Below are positions 30,501 to 40,855 of a stretch of 64,000 nt of DNA, one piece after another (position 1 is the first letter of the stretch; each line of letters starts with the position of its first letter). A program made the position numbers and the translations under genes. The stretch is from positions 1 to 64,000 of the IMG/VR virus record IMGVR_UViG_3300030107_006644; one strand, given 5' to 3'. The notes beneath the pieces were generated by a model, which was not told where the DNA came from, made no database searches, and was given only the letters and a program-made list of their open reading frames with translations.

Positions 30501-33500
30501 CAGTCGTCAAAAAGACTTTATATGGGCGCGCATTTAACAAATTACACTGGCTCGGTAATCCAACGTTCAGATACCAGATCTTCGGGTCTGCGCTATTGGC
30601 CAATCTATTTGGGCCCCGGAGAAGATCCGTCCGTACTTTCAAGAACCAAGGATGAGTTTAAAAACAGAGTTAAAGATATCGATAATTACGGCACGTCCTA
30701 TGTTTACAGGAACGCAGGATTTTTACAAGATTCTCTGAAAGATATAGAAGTTCCGTTTGTTGAAACTCTAGCTTTAAATTGGAACTTTAGTGAGCTATCG
30801 TCCTCCAACGCCGCCGGCGAATTCACAGTCGAAGACGAATCTTCGGGTTCTTCCGATCTGTTGAATCGTTACAAATGGGTGTCGAACTTGGTAGAAAGGC
30901 AGCATACCGGTCGAGGATACAAGTTTGCTGCGTCATCTACAGACGTAATAGACATCATGTACGTCAACTCATATGCGCCGCAGCTACCCGAGACAATTTC
31001 AAGCTCGGATATGGTTAATATTTTAACGCAAGATGACGACATTTTTACGAGAGAGCATCGTCCTGTAAACTATTATTTTGCTATTGAAAAGAGCATGTAC
31101 CAAACAATATCTGAAGAGATATTAAACATGTTTGCATCAATTGTTGACTTCAATAATTTAATTGGCGATCCCGTCAATCGATATAGGCAGGAATACAAAG
31201 ATTTAGGAAAGTTGAGACAGCTGTTCTTCGAAAGAATCGGCAACACACCTGAACTAGACAAATATGTTGAATTTTACAAATGGATTGATAGCGGCATTAA
31301 TGAAATGCTAGAAGCTTTAATTCCAGCTTCGGTAAACTCCAGTGATGGTGCCAGAACAATGGTTGAAAGTCACGTTTTAGAGAGAAATAAGTATTGGAAC
31401 AAGTTCCCGACAATAGAGATGGTCGGGGATCCGCCTGCAGTTGGACTTCGCGGAATAACGGAAATGCTTTATCCGTGGAAATTTGGCCACGCTAATCCGG
31501 GAGATGTTGATTCAACCGTTGCAACCATAGAAAATGAACGTTGCTTCTGGTGGCGCGAAAGAGCAGAACGCACAACGCCGGCAAACACCAGCGGAGATTC
31601 TACAATAGACACGCAGAGAGAAGGTATAAGAGATGTTGTTGGTAAACATCGGGATGAAAGCAGGACCCTATCGCACAACGCCGGCACAACATACGCCGGA
31701 CAAACATATGCACTTAATCGGTTTAGTCGACCTTACAGGTTTGATGTAGACGAGGTTAAGGAGATTCACGGAGGCGTAAATTATCGCAAGGGTAAGGATT
31801 TAGATTTCTCAAGAACAGCAACGCATCACCACGGTGAGGATAATCCCGTAGGCTTTCCTGTTAATGTAATACTTTATGAAGATTCGAACGCTAGCGTTTT
31901 AGAAAAACAGTCAAAAGATCCGTGGTTTGATATGGCCGGCAACACAGAAGGCCGTCAGGCGACCTGCACCGATCAGGAAGATGAGTGGCCAAGATCGAAG
32001 AACAAGGTTAGCTATCATGCGTTTATTTTGAAGAATCAAGAATATTCGCCACCTCCATGGCCGCCATCGATGCCAAAAGAAGATGATGGTAATACGTATT
32101 TTTCATCGCTCAAGGGTGATTGGGCCTCACCGTTCAGCCTATACGAGACTACAGAAGAAGTTGCAGCTACAGGATATCACAAGGATATCAACGACAGATT
32201 CAGGGCAAAGACAACCATTACAAACCTGCATGAAGATTCTTACGGAGATAACGAGAGACCGGTTCAGGGTCCGTTTACCGATGCTCATGTTGGTGGTCGC
32301 CAAAATCGACACATAATTTTGAACAAGGGTGAAGACACCTACGTGGATCGGCCAGAAGCGTGGAAGTTATTAATGGGCCCCGATCTTGCTTCCTGCGGAC
32401 ACCCCTTTATATCGCCCACAGACGCCTACAAGCTTGGATTGGTCGGTCCGGACTATCCGCACCCGCTTCCGTACTCCCCGGGCGTGAAGCCCTCTACATG
32501 GCGCCCTAGAGCCAACTATTTAAGAGACGGTACAGCTAAGCGCCCCGTTAACATCCAGAACATCAAGCATGATACTGGTTCGTCAATTTTAGGCAACTAT
32601 GATAAAGACTACCAAGTGGTTAGTATCCCCGGTAGACAAATAAACAATCGTGCTTTAATCAAGTCAGGAGGATTCGAACCGATAATCGAGGATTCGTTCT
32701 ATTTTGCAGAAACTTTAAGCGAATACAGAAAGCCAGAAAGATTGAGATCCGAACATGTCTTTGTAACAAGATTCAGCGCCCCGGGAGCCCCCGAGGCCGC
32801 CGGCGACCATCGTGGCGGTTTCGGATTAGATTATAATTCTGGTGAATTCTCCTCCTATAGTTCTATGAACTATCGAAATCTTATTCTCCGTGGAGGAGGC
32901 CGATGGCCCGATGGCATCCGCGAGCTATTAACAAATCACACTAGACAGTTTGGATACTTTAGCGATCAGATGAACTTATCAAACGGCGCCGCAGCAGCAG
33001 CTGTGGCAGCTACAGCGACTATCACTACAGTTGTCGAAGCGTCAATTAATGATACTAAAGATTTTACGCTAACAGACGCTGCCGGCACAACAACGACTTA
33101 CAACTTCTCTACAGGGCTGGCAACCACCGATAATAACGTTGCTTATATCCCCGGAGGTTCAGATGGTCGCGGTCCATCAGGTACTATTACGATTGGCCTG
33201 CTCGGAACTACAACGGCCGCAGATGTCCGGGATGAAATTATCACAAGGATTAACGCCGGCACTTCTATAGGTTTTACTGCGTCTGCGTCTGGAGACAATG
33301 TTCTTGTCACGCAAAATACTGTCGGCCCTGCCGGAAATACATCAATTACAGAACCAGCAGGCGCCACCGGCTTAACTCTGCCGTCAGCTTTTACTGGCGG
33401 ATGGGGGATGTCTAGAGCATCAAGCGTTAATGCTTTTGATTATAGCGGCCAACCGAATTACCACAAGACTAATAGAAATACTGGCTATAGATTGAACAAC

Positions 33501-36500
33501 ATGCTTTCGTGTTCGAACGAGACTAGAAACTGGAACAACTGGTGTCTATATTTCCACTATGACGACGAACGCAATACTGGCGATGTTGAATCAAATTATG
33601 ATCAATGGGTGACAATTCCCGGCCGCCGGGGCCTTGGCGGGTCTCAAGGGACGTTCGACAACTTGCTCAACGGAATGCAGCCATTTGCTTTTTCTACATG
33701 GCTTAAACCCCTTGGCTCTAAATACAACTACACAGTTCCCGGCTCCAGCCCGGCGGTTAACGTACCGCACAGCAACAAGAAAAGGGTGATCTTAAACTTA
33801 GGCGACGCTTCTCAAACCGCAATCGCGCGAACCGCAACTCAGGGCGACCGTACTGATTTTGTCGGTGCCACGCTTGCAACTCAGGACGCTGAACGTATAT
33901 TCAACTTTCAAATTCACCTTGAGCCTGCCGATAACAAGGTTGCGATTATTGCTCCGTTTAGTATGGGGTATGGCCACTGGACTGTTACAGGAACCTCTAC
34001 AGATCACAGAATTAAAGATAACGAGTGGACACACTTGGTGGTTGTGTACGTACCAGATTCTTCATTAGCTGATGTTGCGCTCGATCCTACCGAAGCCAAA
34101 CTTGACACTTATACGGGTACGACATCAGGGGTCACTGATAGAACACAACAGCCAGAAGACACACTTCAGATTGGCGACGATCCGATATCGTGGGGAGCAA
34201 GCTCTATCGATAAGAGCAGTGATACACCTACGGCGCATACTAACTTGATGGCCGGAACATCTGGACAAGGATCGGTAGATGCACAAGAAGAACAAGAGAT
34301 ACGTTCAATGGGCTGGAAGGGTGACACTAAGCTGTCGACCTTCTACAAAGGAATGGCGGCTATCGACGTCGCCGTAGACAAGATGCAAAAAGTTGAAAGT
34401 CGAGCACTTGAAGGGGCCACTCCGCTTATCAAAGTATACATGAACGGCGTTTTGGTAGCCAGCTTGGATCTGGCCACCGGCGTCAATACTGGATTTTTCT
34501 TAAACAGGATGCCTTATGGTACATCGATTCCGACAGTGGGATCGGCATTTTTAGGACGAGGCCCGACCGCAATCCGTGACCTTACGCCATGGCCCGAGGA
34601 CCACCCAGATTATGTTCAACTTGGTGTCCAAGGCCAAGCGGCCCCGACAGAATGGAGCTATTACGGCCTTATGGATGAAACATCTTTTTGGGTTAAAGGG
34701 AGAGCAACAGATGCATCTATTGAACCCCTTATGCAGCAAGATGTAACTCAGATTTATCAAAATGCAGACGGCAGTAGGGGCCCCAATAACCTAAATGCTT
34801 TCCGTCCGAAAAGTAGGGGCGCCCTCATATCGTGGTACCGCTTCCACGATCAGGAGCCGCCACACGTTTCTCGTTTCGATAGGATTACCGGTTATGGCCA
34901 ACTCAATCATTTGCCCAACCAAATTAATGATAATAAAGATTGGGGACTCTCTCGCTTTCACGCCTATACCTCCCCAACTTATCCTAATGCCGCCGTTCAC
35001 CGGCCAATTCGTGGAGGGTTTTCCGCTTCTACGGATCTCCCGGGAGAACAATACATCAATGAGTACTGCACACCAGTCACGTCCGCATATTACGACAATT
35101 GGTATGTAACACATGAAATACCCAGATCTACTGCACAGTATACTTGGATTTCACAATCTTGCGAGAGAGATGCATCAGGCTCCGCATTAGACGAGCTAGG
35201 AAACGCCGTTTGGCATCATCCTCCGCCGCATGGTAAGGTGCATGTGCACGACCCAACTTCAGAAGATTACCTAAAGCAATATAATGCCATATCTTTCACC
35301 ATAGAGAGTCATGTTGGATCGGCTTATTCTACCGCGACTGGCAAACGCCACTGGAACGATAGCGCAGGAAATGGCTCGCACACCCGCGAATCCGTGGCCG
35401 CCGTAGCTGCCTTGCGAGATTTTATTCCACAATCGTTCGCTCAACTCAACACAAACCTCTACGAATCGTTGAATGTTTCGACACAAGCGTTAGGTCTAAA
35501 CCAAGATGAATCTGATTTTATAAATGATGATGTCGTCAACTTTGGTGCTAATGATAGTGGCGGTTCGGCCGTTCTAAACGGGTTGGTGTTGAAGCGTCAA
35601 GGTCCGTATGGCTGGCCGTCTTGGAAACAAATTAGAGGTTCGGAACACCCAGTGGTCCGAAGACACCTTAAAAATAGCAGCGTGCTATCGATAGTGCAGC
35701 CACCAGAAGAAAAATATTTATATTCTGGTTCCGCCGTCATTGGTTCGTATTTTGGCCTTCCACGCGGCGATAACTTTGTTCAATATACGGAACCGGCAAT
35801 TGCATACAAAAAGCCAATGGTGCACGTCCTTCAAGACTCTATTGTGCTTATGCATGCTTATTCTAACGCTATCGATAAATTTTCAAATCAAAATATAAAC
35901 AATTTTCTAAATCTTAGAACCGATGAGCCATGCGCATATACAAACTTAGTCGAGGAATATACAGGCGAAGATCCAACTCTTAAGTTTAATTACTTGAGAT
36001 ATCACGAGCCGGTGTATCCAAAGCAAGTCAACCGATATAGAAATATTATTAGAAGTAGACCAAACTACGCAACCAGTTTCTATCAGTCAGGTCGTTCCAA
36101 CCGTAAGCCAATATTATGGGCACCAGAAGATCCCATGGGCCAACTTGACTGGAAGATACGGAATACAGAAACGCCTGTTTTGGTAGACACGATTATTAAT
36201 GTTACCAATTCTCAAGGGTATACAATGATTCACGCTGCTAAATGGGCTACCAATATAGGGGGAGCCGCAGCTACTGTTGGTCATATGGCTGGGTATATCA
36301 CGGGAAGCATCGGAGCCCACAGTATTTGGCCAATGGACGCGAGAGGAGACTTTCACACCATCACCAACGTGCTGGGTGAATCTTCCGTGCCTGATTTAGC
36401 TGTTCGAGAAGCCGGATATCCAATTAGGGAATATGTTGGATGCACCTCTGCCAACACCACCCCGGGGAACTACCCGCTTTGGTCTGGCTCTTGTGATTCT

Positions 36501-39500
36501 GATGCCTTTACTAAGAGCCACTATATAAGCGAACTATGCGGCGAGCTTCAGGCATACTTTGTGCAGGCTAGAGGCGCATCGACCACATATTATAATTGCG
36601 TAGATGGAGCTACACCGCCCGGCACCGATACAAATGGTGAACCGACCTTCGAGCCGCTAATTCCGCATGCACAATATCACCGTAGACACACAACAAGACT
36701 ATCTTCGTCCTTTCACTCGCTTTCGGGGTACAAGCATGGCATTTCCTCCAATCAGTGGAACTCGGGTTCGCACCCAAGAGGAATCTGGACGCGCGACTCA
36801 ATTGCTGACGCATCCGAATGGCAAACTAGATACGGGCTTGTTGCTGGCTCCTATATGAGCGGAGCCCTTCCATGGCACTTTGTTGATCGTATTGATTCAG
36901 GAATACGGGGACAGTGGCTCTACGGAGGCCAAACCATGTGGGAGGCCGATATACAATCCGGCAAACGACCCGCTTACGATAGTTATGAACAGTTTGCATA
37001 TGAGGATATTAGACTAAAAGGTCAGGAATATTCTACAGTACCAGAGTTTAAAATTAGTGATCATATCGCAAAGTATGTTAGTTTAAGAAATTCTGACTTC
37101 CTATCAGACAACGACACACTGTTTTCGCTTTCCGGCTCAAGTATTCGGGATAGCAGCGAAGACGGGTTTTATACCACCTATAGTCATAGTGATTTTATGA
37201 AGCATTTTGAGGTTATAGCTGGAGATCACGCTGATGTCACTGAAGGCCCATCTGAGTTAAAACTTCGTTGCACTGGAATAAAGAAATTTTTACCATATGA
37301 CGGAGTTTACCCAATGCAGAGAAGCTTGCAGTTGGCAACGCTGTTCTCTAGATCTTATGCAGACAATGTTTATCTCGTAGAGGGCTCGGGCTCTTCACAA
37401 ATTGATTTCGGTGCAGGCTACAGATCGAGCATACATGGTGGTGCCGGCACCGCTGCAGACTACTATGATGAGGATGCAATCAAGCAGGGAGCTTGGTCGG
37501 TATACATGAGGCCTTTCTTCGCCCCCGGTATTTTGTATAACACAGTGAAATCAGGAGTAGCAGTAGACTTTCCAGTTATGACTGGTTCGTTTCATATGAC
37601 TTCTTCTACGCCGTTAGCAATTAGTGGAAAACACGATGGAAGTTCCGGCTCGCCCTCTCACAATTGGGATAGTTACGATATTGACGAGAAAGAAATTTTT
37701 ACAGTCACAACGGATATCATAGCTGAGCCAAGATTTCATGATAGAATACCTTTTGAGGCGATTATCGAGCCCGACAAGCACGTTGTCGGTATGCCAATTG
37801 TTAATATGGAAACTCACGTCTCGGGCGCCGGAAACGTCTATGGACAAGTGAATGGTTGTGCGGAAAACATGGGATCGTATAATCGCACGCTGTCCATTAC
37901 TGCCTCGCTGGCCGCCCCCGGTGGCAATCTTTATAAAATGGCATCAAATAACTTTTTTGCAGAAAGTATCGACTTTTTCCTTCAAGATCGGCGTCTTTCA
38001 GCAATATCCTCTTTGCCTGAAAGCGATCCAAACTTTGGTGTAGTGTCTGAGGCTGATGCTGAGAAAAAGTTTATGGCCTTGGTTAAGATTCGCAAAAGCG
38101 TCGAACGCCAACAGAATTTCAACCCTCTTACTGGTGCTCTCGTCTCTACTGCAGATGGCAAGACATACCCTTATATAAATATGCCTTTGATGACGGATAC
38201 TCCAATCCCGCATCCGTGGACATTATCTAAGGAGACCATCACGATGTATAGCCGTCCTAGCGCTTTCGGCCCGCCGTCCATGGGAATGTGGAGTTCTATT
38301 AGTGGGTACAACATGCCTTATACTCCGCCATATTACGACGGTGCAGCTTGGGCAATTTTAACCTTTAGTCCGGGCGAATACTCCGGCGCTAAAAAATATA
38401 CACTGGACGAGATTCTGGCCGCCACCACAATTGAATATACTAGAACTGGAAAAGTTTATGTAGAGCATGGACCTGATGCATCCGGTAAGGCATTTGGAGC
38501 AACCACTGTTAGCAACTGGCCTTGGTCGCTTCCATGTTCGTATCCGCATGCCCGCGCAACCTTCTCTCTAAGTCACATAACTAACCTACTTGATACCAAT
38601 AGCTCTGGACGGTTTAAGGACTTTGTGGAGATGGTTGATCCTTATCCGCAAGGAAGGACTTTTATAGACGATAATGCAATGCAGATTAGCGCCTCTGTTA
38701 ATCTAATGCAAAAATCTCGCCTTAAAGCGGCAGAGTATAATGCGCTTACAGGAAGAAAGGTTCTGGTGACAGATTCGCCAAACGCAGAACTAGCTACATG
38801 GGTTATCCAAACAAAGTACGAGACTCCAATATTAAACTTTGGAGATGCGGACAAGACCGAAACAAAAACTGTAGCAGGCGATGCGACTAATCTTTGGGGT
38901 AATGAACTTTCCGCCAAGGGCATGTGGCATCAGTACGGAGTTTTACCATCAAGCGATGAGGACGGTATCTTCTTAGAAATTCAAGATGTTCCGAAAAAGT
39001 ATCTTAGAAAAGGAATGGGAATTGAGCCGAACGAGGTAAAATCTTTATGTGATTTGGTAGGATTCTCTACCGAGCCTGTAAAGATTGGTCAGCCGGCCGT
39101 AAGTAGGACCATCTCTGAAGCAGTGGTGGCCGTACCGTTCGTTGAAAAGGATGGAGAAAGGCAGTTCTTTAATGTTCCGCGAAGAACTATCGACTTGGCA
39201 GCTGGTTTGGATGATGTGACGGATGAGGATAGAGAATCCAATACGGTACCGGGAGACAGCATAGTCGACATGGTTGATAAGATGAACAAGTTTGTATTTC
39301 CTCCGACTATGAATTTCTTACTATATGACTCCATTGAGCCCTTCGCGATGTATATTTTTGAATTTACGCACGAGCTTTCCCAAATGGATCTTACCGACAT
39401 GTGGCAAAATCTCATGCCAGAAATTGGTCGTACCTTTGAAGAGCAAACTGTAGAGGTATCACATCCGTTGTTCTCTAACGAGGTTATGGGGTGTGAAGCG

Positions 39501-39830
39501 CTACTGAGCGGCCAAAAGGTTCAAAAAGAACTTCAATGGATGGTCTTCAAGGTCAAACAAAAGGCAAAGACAAACTATTACGAAAAGGTAATTGGTTCTG
39601 ATCTTGAAAAATATGACTTCCTGCAGATAAAACCGGGAGTGTTGAGTAAGCGCAACAATTCTTCATCTGGCTATAGTTATAACTGGCCGTATGACTATTT
39701 CTCACTAGTCGAGTTGGTCAAGATAGATTCGGAAGTTACGTTTGGGGCGATTCCGGAACCAGACGCGGTAAAGGAAAGTATAAAGGTGCGGGATTTAGCA
39801 GAATTGGTAAAATTAGAAGAGGATGAATAG
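27552..39830 (+). CDS. Giant (4092 aa) baseplate wedge/gp7-like protein with multiple LamG/concanavalin-A-like domains
   Basis: IFKSKGTEKAFRNLIRCFG (K.KGT wedge motif); LamG hallmarks TVEFWLK, WSHYAV, LYVNG, SGSLDEFRYW and again FSTWLKP, WTHLVVVY, VYMNG, GLMDETSFW; internal duplicated module. Confidence 0.7.
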   Translation: MSVKKLFDKAKKTRPVVKKPNKRLHVDVESEDFMEAKAATQERYDPHVIYGTTPIEMKNFVRYGSAKRYFEDAFSRIYTTYPYDGSLKEKEEWSQTSTPLDRYIFDNVYPRTNGYIRISSAGWGALGANGITVGYGHPSTLEYVTFYGGPTTGSATNLMKHFDLQDRGVGSNIYESYSELSSSTGGEVGLGTRESNLKFDVEDFGVTVEFWLKKTAFTTAKTEKEVIFDLWNGETPATDGYGRLRIEIDGTATGSPFLVSCQSGSSAGFSNEVVGTGLTTTTLQDWSHYAVSLKADTSTNKIRTRLYVNGVLNQEQSLGTAMGEVTGSLIANIGALRGATTSATVGTVAEGYGKLSGSLDEFRYWKAERGIKEVGRHWFKQYAGGTNTDLSNTTLGVYYKFNEGCTGTASVDQTVLDYSGRLTNGHWVGYPGCTARCVDSAMVLAGAAEREFKDPILYSFHSDVATKKETISKNAKAYDDNNSSSIYSTIPNWILEFQENNTANDLEYLTQIMASEFDKLHQQISALSRVRDSSYLSSTQTSIPFTDKMLTERGMPAADIFENADLLAKIMGRSESQEYESDIVDIKNRIYHSIYNNLSNIFKSKGTEKAFRNLIRCFGVDEKLLKLNIYGDNATYKLTDNAKIVAKKRRYANFYSSGSDDATVVQQTASSNANSVSYITGSNNSLYEPYSGMTVEAEVHFPKKKSASDEGYFAVTYHTASLFGMHTVGDDPADFTFLTDDYANLQVYALRDASDNKSARFMLTSSSPFPIPEIITDLYKDVYEDQTWNLSVRLRPSKYPISDMVHGAEAVAATATITTVAEASINDTKDFTLTDAAGTTTTYNFSTGLATTDNNVAYTPGGQDGRGPAGTITIGVLGTTTAADIRDEIITRINAGTSIGFAASASGDNVLVTQNTAGTAGNTSITEPAGATGLTLPSTFTGGLGAAHPFKVEFHGLRLIAGEVIDEFLLTSSATHASGSLFLQSSKRLYMGAHLTNYTGSVIQRSDTRSSGLRYWPIYLGPGEDPSVLSRTKDEFKNRVKDIDNYGTSYVYRNAGFLQDSLKDIEVPFVETLALNWNFSELSSSNAAGEFTVEDESSGSSDLLNRYKWVSNLVERQHTGRGYKFAASSTDVIDIMYVNSYAPQLPETISSSDMVNILTQDDDIFTREHRPVNYYFAIEKSMYQTISEEILNMFASIVDFNNLIGDPVNRYRQEYKDLGKLRQLFFERIGNTPELDKYVEFYKWIDSGINEMLEALIPASVNSSDGARTMVESHVLERNKYWNKFPTIEMVGDPPAVGLRGITEMLYPWKFGHANPGDVDSTVATIENERCFWWRERAERTTPANTSGDSTIDTQREGIRDVVGKHRDESRTLSHNAGTTYAGQTYALNRFSRPYRFDVDEVKEIHGGVNYRKGKDLDFSRTATHHHGEDNPVGFPVNVILYEDSNASVLEKQSKDPWFDMAGNTEGRQATCTDQEDEWPRSKNKVSYHAFILKNQEYSPPPWPPSMPKEDDGNTYFSSLKGDWASPFSLYETTEEVAATGYHKDINDRFRAKTTITNLHEDSYGDNERPVQGPFTDAHVGGRQNRHIILNKGEDTYVDRPEAWKLLMGPDLASCGHPFISPTDAYKLGLVGPDYPHPLPYSPGVKPSTWRPRANYLRDGTAKRPVNIQNIKHDTGSSILGNYDKDYQVVSIPGRQINNRALIKSGGFEPIIEDSFYFAETLSEYRKPERLRSEHVFVTRFSAPGAPEAAGDHRGGFGLDYNSGEFSSYSSMNYRNLILRGGGRWPDGIRELLTNHTRQFGYFSDQMNLSNGAAAAAVAATATITTVVEASINDTKDFTLTDAAGTTTTYNFSTGLATTDNNVAYIPGGSDGRGPSGTITIGLLGTTTAADVRDEIITRINAGTSIGFTASASGDNVLVTQNTVGPAGNTSITEPAGATGLTLPSAFTGGWGMSRASSVNAFDYSGQPNYHKTNRNTGYRLNNMLSCSNETRNWNNWCLYFHYDDERNTGDVESNYDQWVTIPGRRGLGGSQGTFDNLLNGMQPFAFSTWLKPLGSKYNYTVPGSSPAVNVPHSNKKRVILNLGDASQTAIARTATQGDRTDFVGATLATQDAERIFNFQIHLEPADNKVAIIAPFSMGYGHWTVTGTSTDHRIKDNEWTHLVVVYVPDSSLADVALDPTEAKLDTYTGTTSGVTDRTQQPEDTLQIGDDPISWGASSIDKSSDTPTAHTNLMAGTSGQGSVDAQEEQEIRSMGWKGDTKLSTFYKGMAAIDVAVDKMQKVESRALEGATPLIKVYMNGVLVASLDLATGVNTGFFLNRMPYGTSIPTVGSAFLGRGPTAIRDLTPWPEDHPDYVQLGVQGQAAPTEWSYYGLMDETSFWVKGRATDASIEPLMQQDVTQIYQNADGSRGPNNLNAFRPKSRGALISWYRFHDQEPPHVSRFDRITGYGQLNHLPNQINDNKDWGLSRFHAYTSPTYPNAAVHRPIRGGFSASTDLPGEQYINEYCTPVTSAYYDNWYVTHEIPRSTAQYTWISQSCERDASGSALDELGNAVWHHPPPHGKVHVHDPTSEDYLKQYNAISFTIESHVGSAYSTATGKRHWNDSAGNGSHTRESVAAVAALRDFIPQSFAQLNTNLYESLNVSTQALGLNQDESDFINDDVVNFGANDSGGSAVLNGLVLKRQGPYGWPSWKQIRGSEHPVVRRHLKNSSVLSIVQPPEEKYLYSGSAVIGSYFGLPRGDNFVQYTEPAIAYKKPMVHVLQDSIVLMHAYSNAIDKFSNQNINNFLNLRTDEPCAYTNLVEEYTGEDPTLKFNYLRYHEPVYPKQVNRYRNIIRSRPNYATSFYQSGRSNRKPILWAPEDPMGQLDWKIRNTETPVLVDTIINVTNSQGYTMIHAAKWATNIGGAAATVGHMAGYITGSIGAHSIWPMDARGDFHTITNVLGESSVPDLAVREAGYPIREYVGCTSANTTPGNYPLWSGSCDSDAFTKSHYISELCGELQAYFVQARGASTTYYNCVDGATPPGTDTNGEPTFEPLIPHAQYHRRHTTRLSSSFHSLSGYKHGISSNQWNSGSHPRGIWTRDSIADASEWQTRYGLVAGSYMSGALPWHFVDRIDSGIRGQWLYGGQTMWEADIQSGKRPAYDSYEQFAYEDIRLKGQEYSTVPEFKISDHIAKYVSLRNSDFLSDNDTLFSLSGSSIRDSSEDGFYTTYSHSDFMKHFEVIAGDHADVTEGPSELKLRCTGIKKFLPYDGVYPMQRSLQLATLFSRSYADNVYLVEGSGSSQIDFGAGYRSSIHGGAGTAADYYDEDAIKQGAWSVYMRPFFAPGILYNTVKSGVAVDFPVMTGSFHMTSSTPLAISGKHDGSSGSPSHNWDSYDIDEKEIFTVTTDIIAEPRFHDRIPFEAIIEPDKHVVGMPIVNMETHVSGAGNVYGQVNGCAENMGSYNRTLSITASLAAPGGNLYKMASNNFFAESIDFFLQDRRLSAISSLPESDPNFGVVSEADAEKKFMALVKIRKSVERQQNFNPLTGALVSTADGKTYPYINMPLMTDTPIPHPWTLSKETITMYSRPSAFGPPSMGMWSSISGYNMPYTPPYYDGAAWAILTFSPGEYSGAKKYTLDEILAATTIEYTRTGKVYVEHGPDASGKAFGATTVSNWPWSLPCSYPHARATFSLSHITNLLDTNSSGRFKDFVEMVDPYPQGRTFIDDNAMQISASVNLMQKSRLKAAEYNALTGRKVLVTDSPNAELATWVIQTKYETPILNFGDADKTETKTVAGDATNLWGNELSAKGMWHQYGVLPSSDEDGIFLEIQDVPKKYLRKGMGIEPNEVKSLCDLVGFSTEPVKIGQPAVSRTISEAVVAVPFVEKDGERQFFNVPRRTIDLAAGLDDVTDEDRESNTVPGDSIVDMVDKMNKFVFPPTMNFLLYDSIEPFAMYIFEFTHELSQMDLTDMWQNLMPEIGRTFEEQTVEVSHPLFSNEVMGCEALLSGQKVQKELQWMVFKVKQKAKTNYYEKVIGSDLEKYDFLQIKPGVLSKRNNSSSGYSYNWPYDYFSLVELVKIDSEVTFGAIPEPDAVKESIKVRDLAELVKLEEDE
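29979..30379 (+). repeat. Direct repeat copy 1 (~400 bp, 134-aa module AVAATATITT...FTGG)
   Basis: Aligns without gaps to 33000-33400 (offset 3021 nt, in frame); about 10 amino-acid differences, most nucleotide changes synonymous. Confidence 0.95.
33000..33400 (+). repeat. Direct repeat copy 2 of the 134-aa module
   Basis: See copy 1 at 29979-30379. Confidence 0.95.
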
Positions 39831-39832
39831 CG

Positions 39833-40855
39833 ATGACCTATTTTAATAAAAAAGAGGACGTAATACAAATTAAACTTACGCAATACGGCAAGCATCTTCT
39901 CTCTAAGGGCAAGTTCAAGCCTGTTTATTATGCCTTTTACGACGATTCGGTGCTTTATGATTCGGATTATGCCGGCTTTACAGAGGTGCAAAGTGAAATA
40001 GAGCCGAGAATTCAAGAAGATACCCCTGCTCTGAAAGTGCAGCACGTAGCTGCCGGAATTGAAACTAATTTTAAAAAACTGACAGCCCCAGAAAACTTTC
40101 TATCAAATTATGAAAAAGATTTGCCTTACCCACAGCCAGTAGATGATAAATACTATTTGTTTTCTTCACCCCCGCTTGGAACAACCTATTTGAGCGTTGA
40201 CGATGCACCGGCGTTTAAAGTCTTTGCAATAGATGGTTTAATGAAGACAACTACAAACGAGGATACAGCCTCACACAAGATTTTACACATTCCTCAGCTA
40301 CACTTCGATGTTGAATACAAAACTTCATACGGAAATGAAGATACTCACAGCACTATCGCGGAGGACTATCGAGGTTCGATAAAGCTAGGTGGCGTCTACA
40401 ATGACGGCTCCTTAATAAAGGTTGAGCAAGATCAATTGTTAATTCAGATAAGCGAAGACAATGTGCCGTTTTCTAATGAACACTTTGATGTAGAAGTATT
40501 CCTGATAGAAGAAGATGAGTCCGAATTGGTTAACAATCCCGGATTCGGGAAACCAAAGGTTAAGGAAAATTTAAAGCTTTTAAAATTTGTACGCCCTCCG
40601 GAGGTGATAAGGGATAATCTATTGTTAGATCCGCAAGAGGAGCAGCCTGTAAATGTTGAACTAGATCCTAATTATATTGGGTATTATTTTGATCTATATG
40701 TGGATCACGAAATAGATCCTGAAGTTTTTTGTAGTGTAAAGAGGGTCGATGAAATTGAAGATATATTTGACGATCCGATATTTGAGTGTCCAGATCTGGC
40801 AGACGTGTCTGCAAATTCGATTGAAAGAAATCACAGTATTGAGGAGTGCGACTAG
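39833..40855 (+). CDS. Virion structural protein (baseplate/tail-fibre attachment-like)
   Basis: N-terminus IKLTQYGKHLLSKG.F..VYYAFYDD parallels DAVLTDTGRMRLARG.F.IVKFALGDD of 47323; position in the baseplate module. Confidence 0.55.
   Translation: MTYFNKKEDVIQIKLTQYGKHLLSKGKFKPVYYAFYDDSVLYDSDYAGFTEVQSEIEPRIQEDTPALKVQHVAAGIETNFKKLTAPENFLSNYEKDLPYPQPVDDKYYLFSSPPLGTTYLSVDDAPAFKVFAIDGLMKTTTNEDTASHKILHIPQLHFDVEYKTSYGNEDTHSTIAEDYRGSIKLGGVYNDGSLIKVEQDQLLIQISEDNVPFSNEHFDVEVFLIEEDESELVNNPGFGKPKVKENLKLLKFVRPPEVIRDNLLLDPQEEQPVNVELDPNYIGYYFDLYVDHEIDPEVFCSVKRVDEIEDIFDDPIFECPDLADVSANSIERNHSIEECD

Noticed and set aside
29979-33400. Diversity-generating retroelement template/variable repeat pair
   Set aside because: Differences occur at all four bases and mostly at synonymous positions rather than only at adenines, both copies are coding in frame, and no reverse transcriptase is in the window
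15087-39830. Inteins or introns explaining the giant ORFs
   Set aside because: No Hint-domain ends (C...HN) or LAGLIDADG/HNH motifs recognised and the frames are uninterrupted
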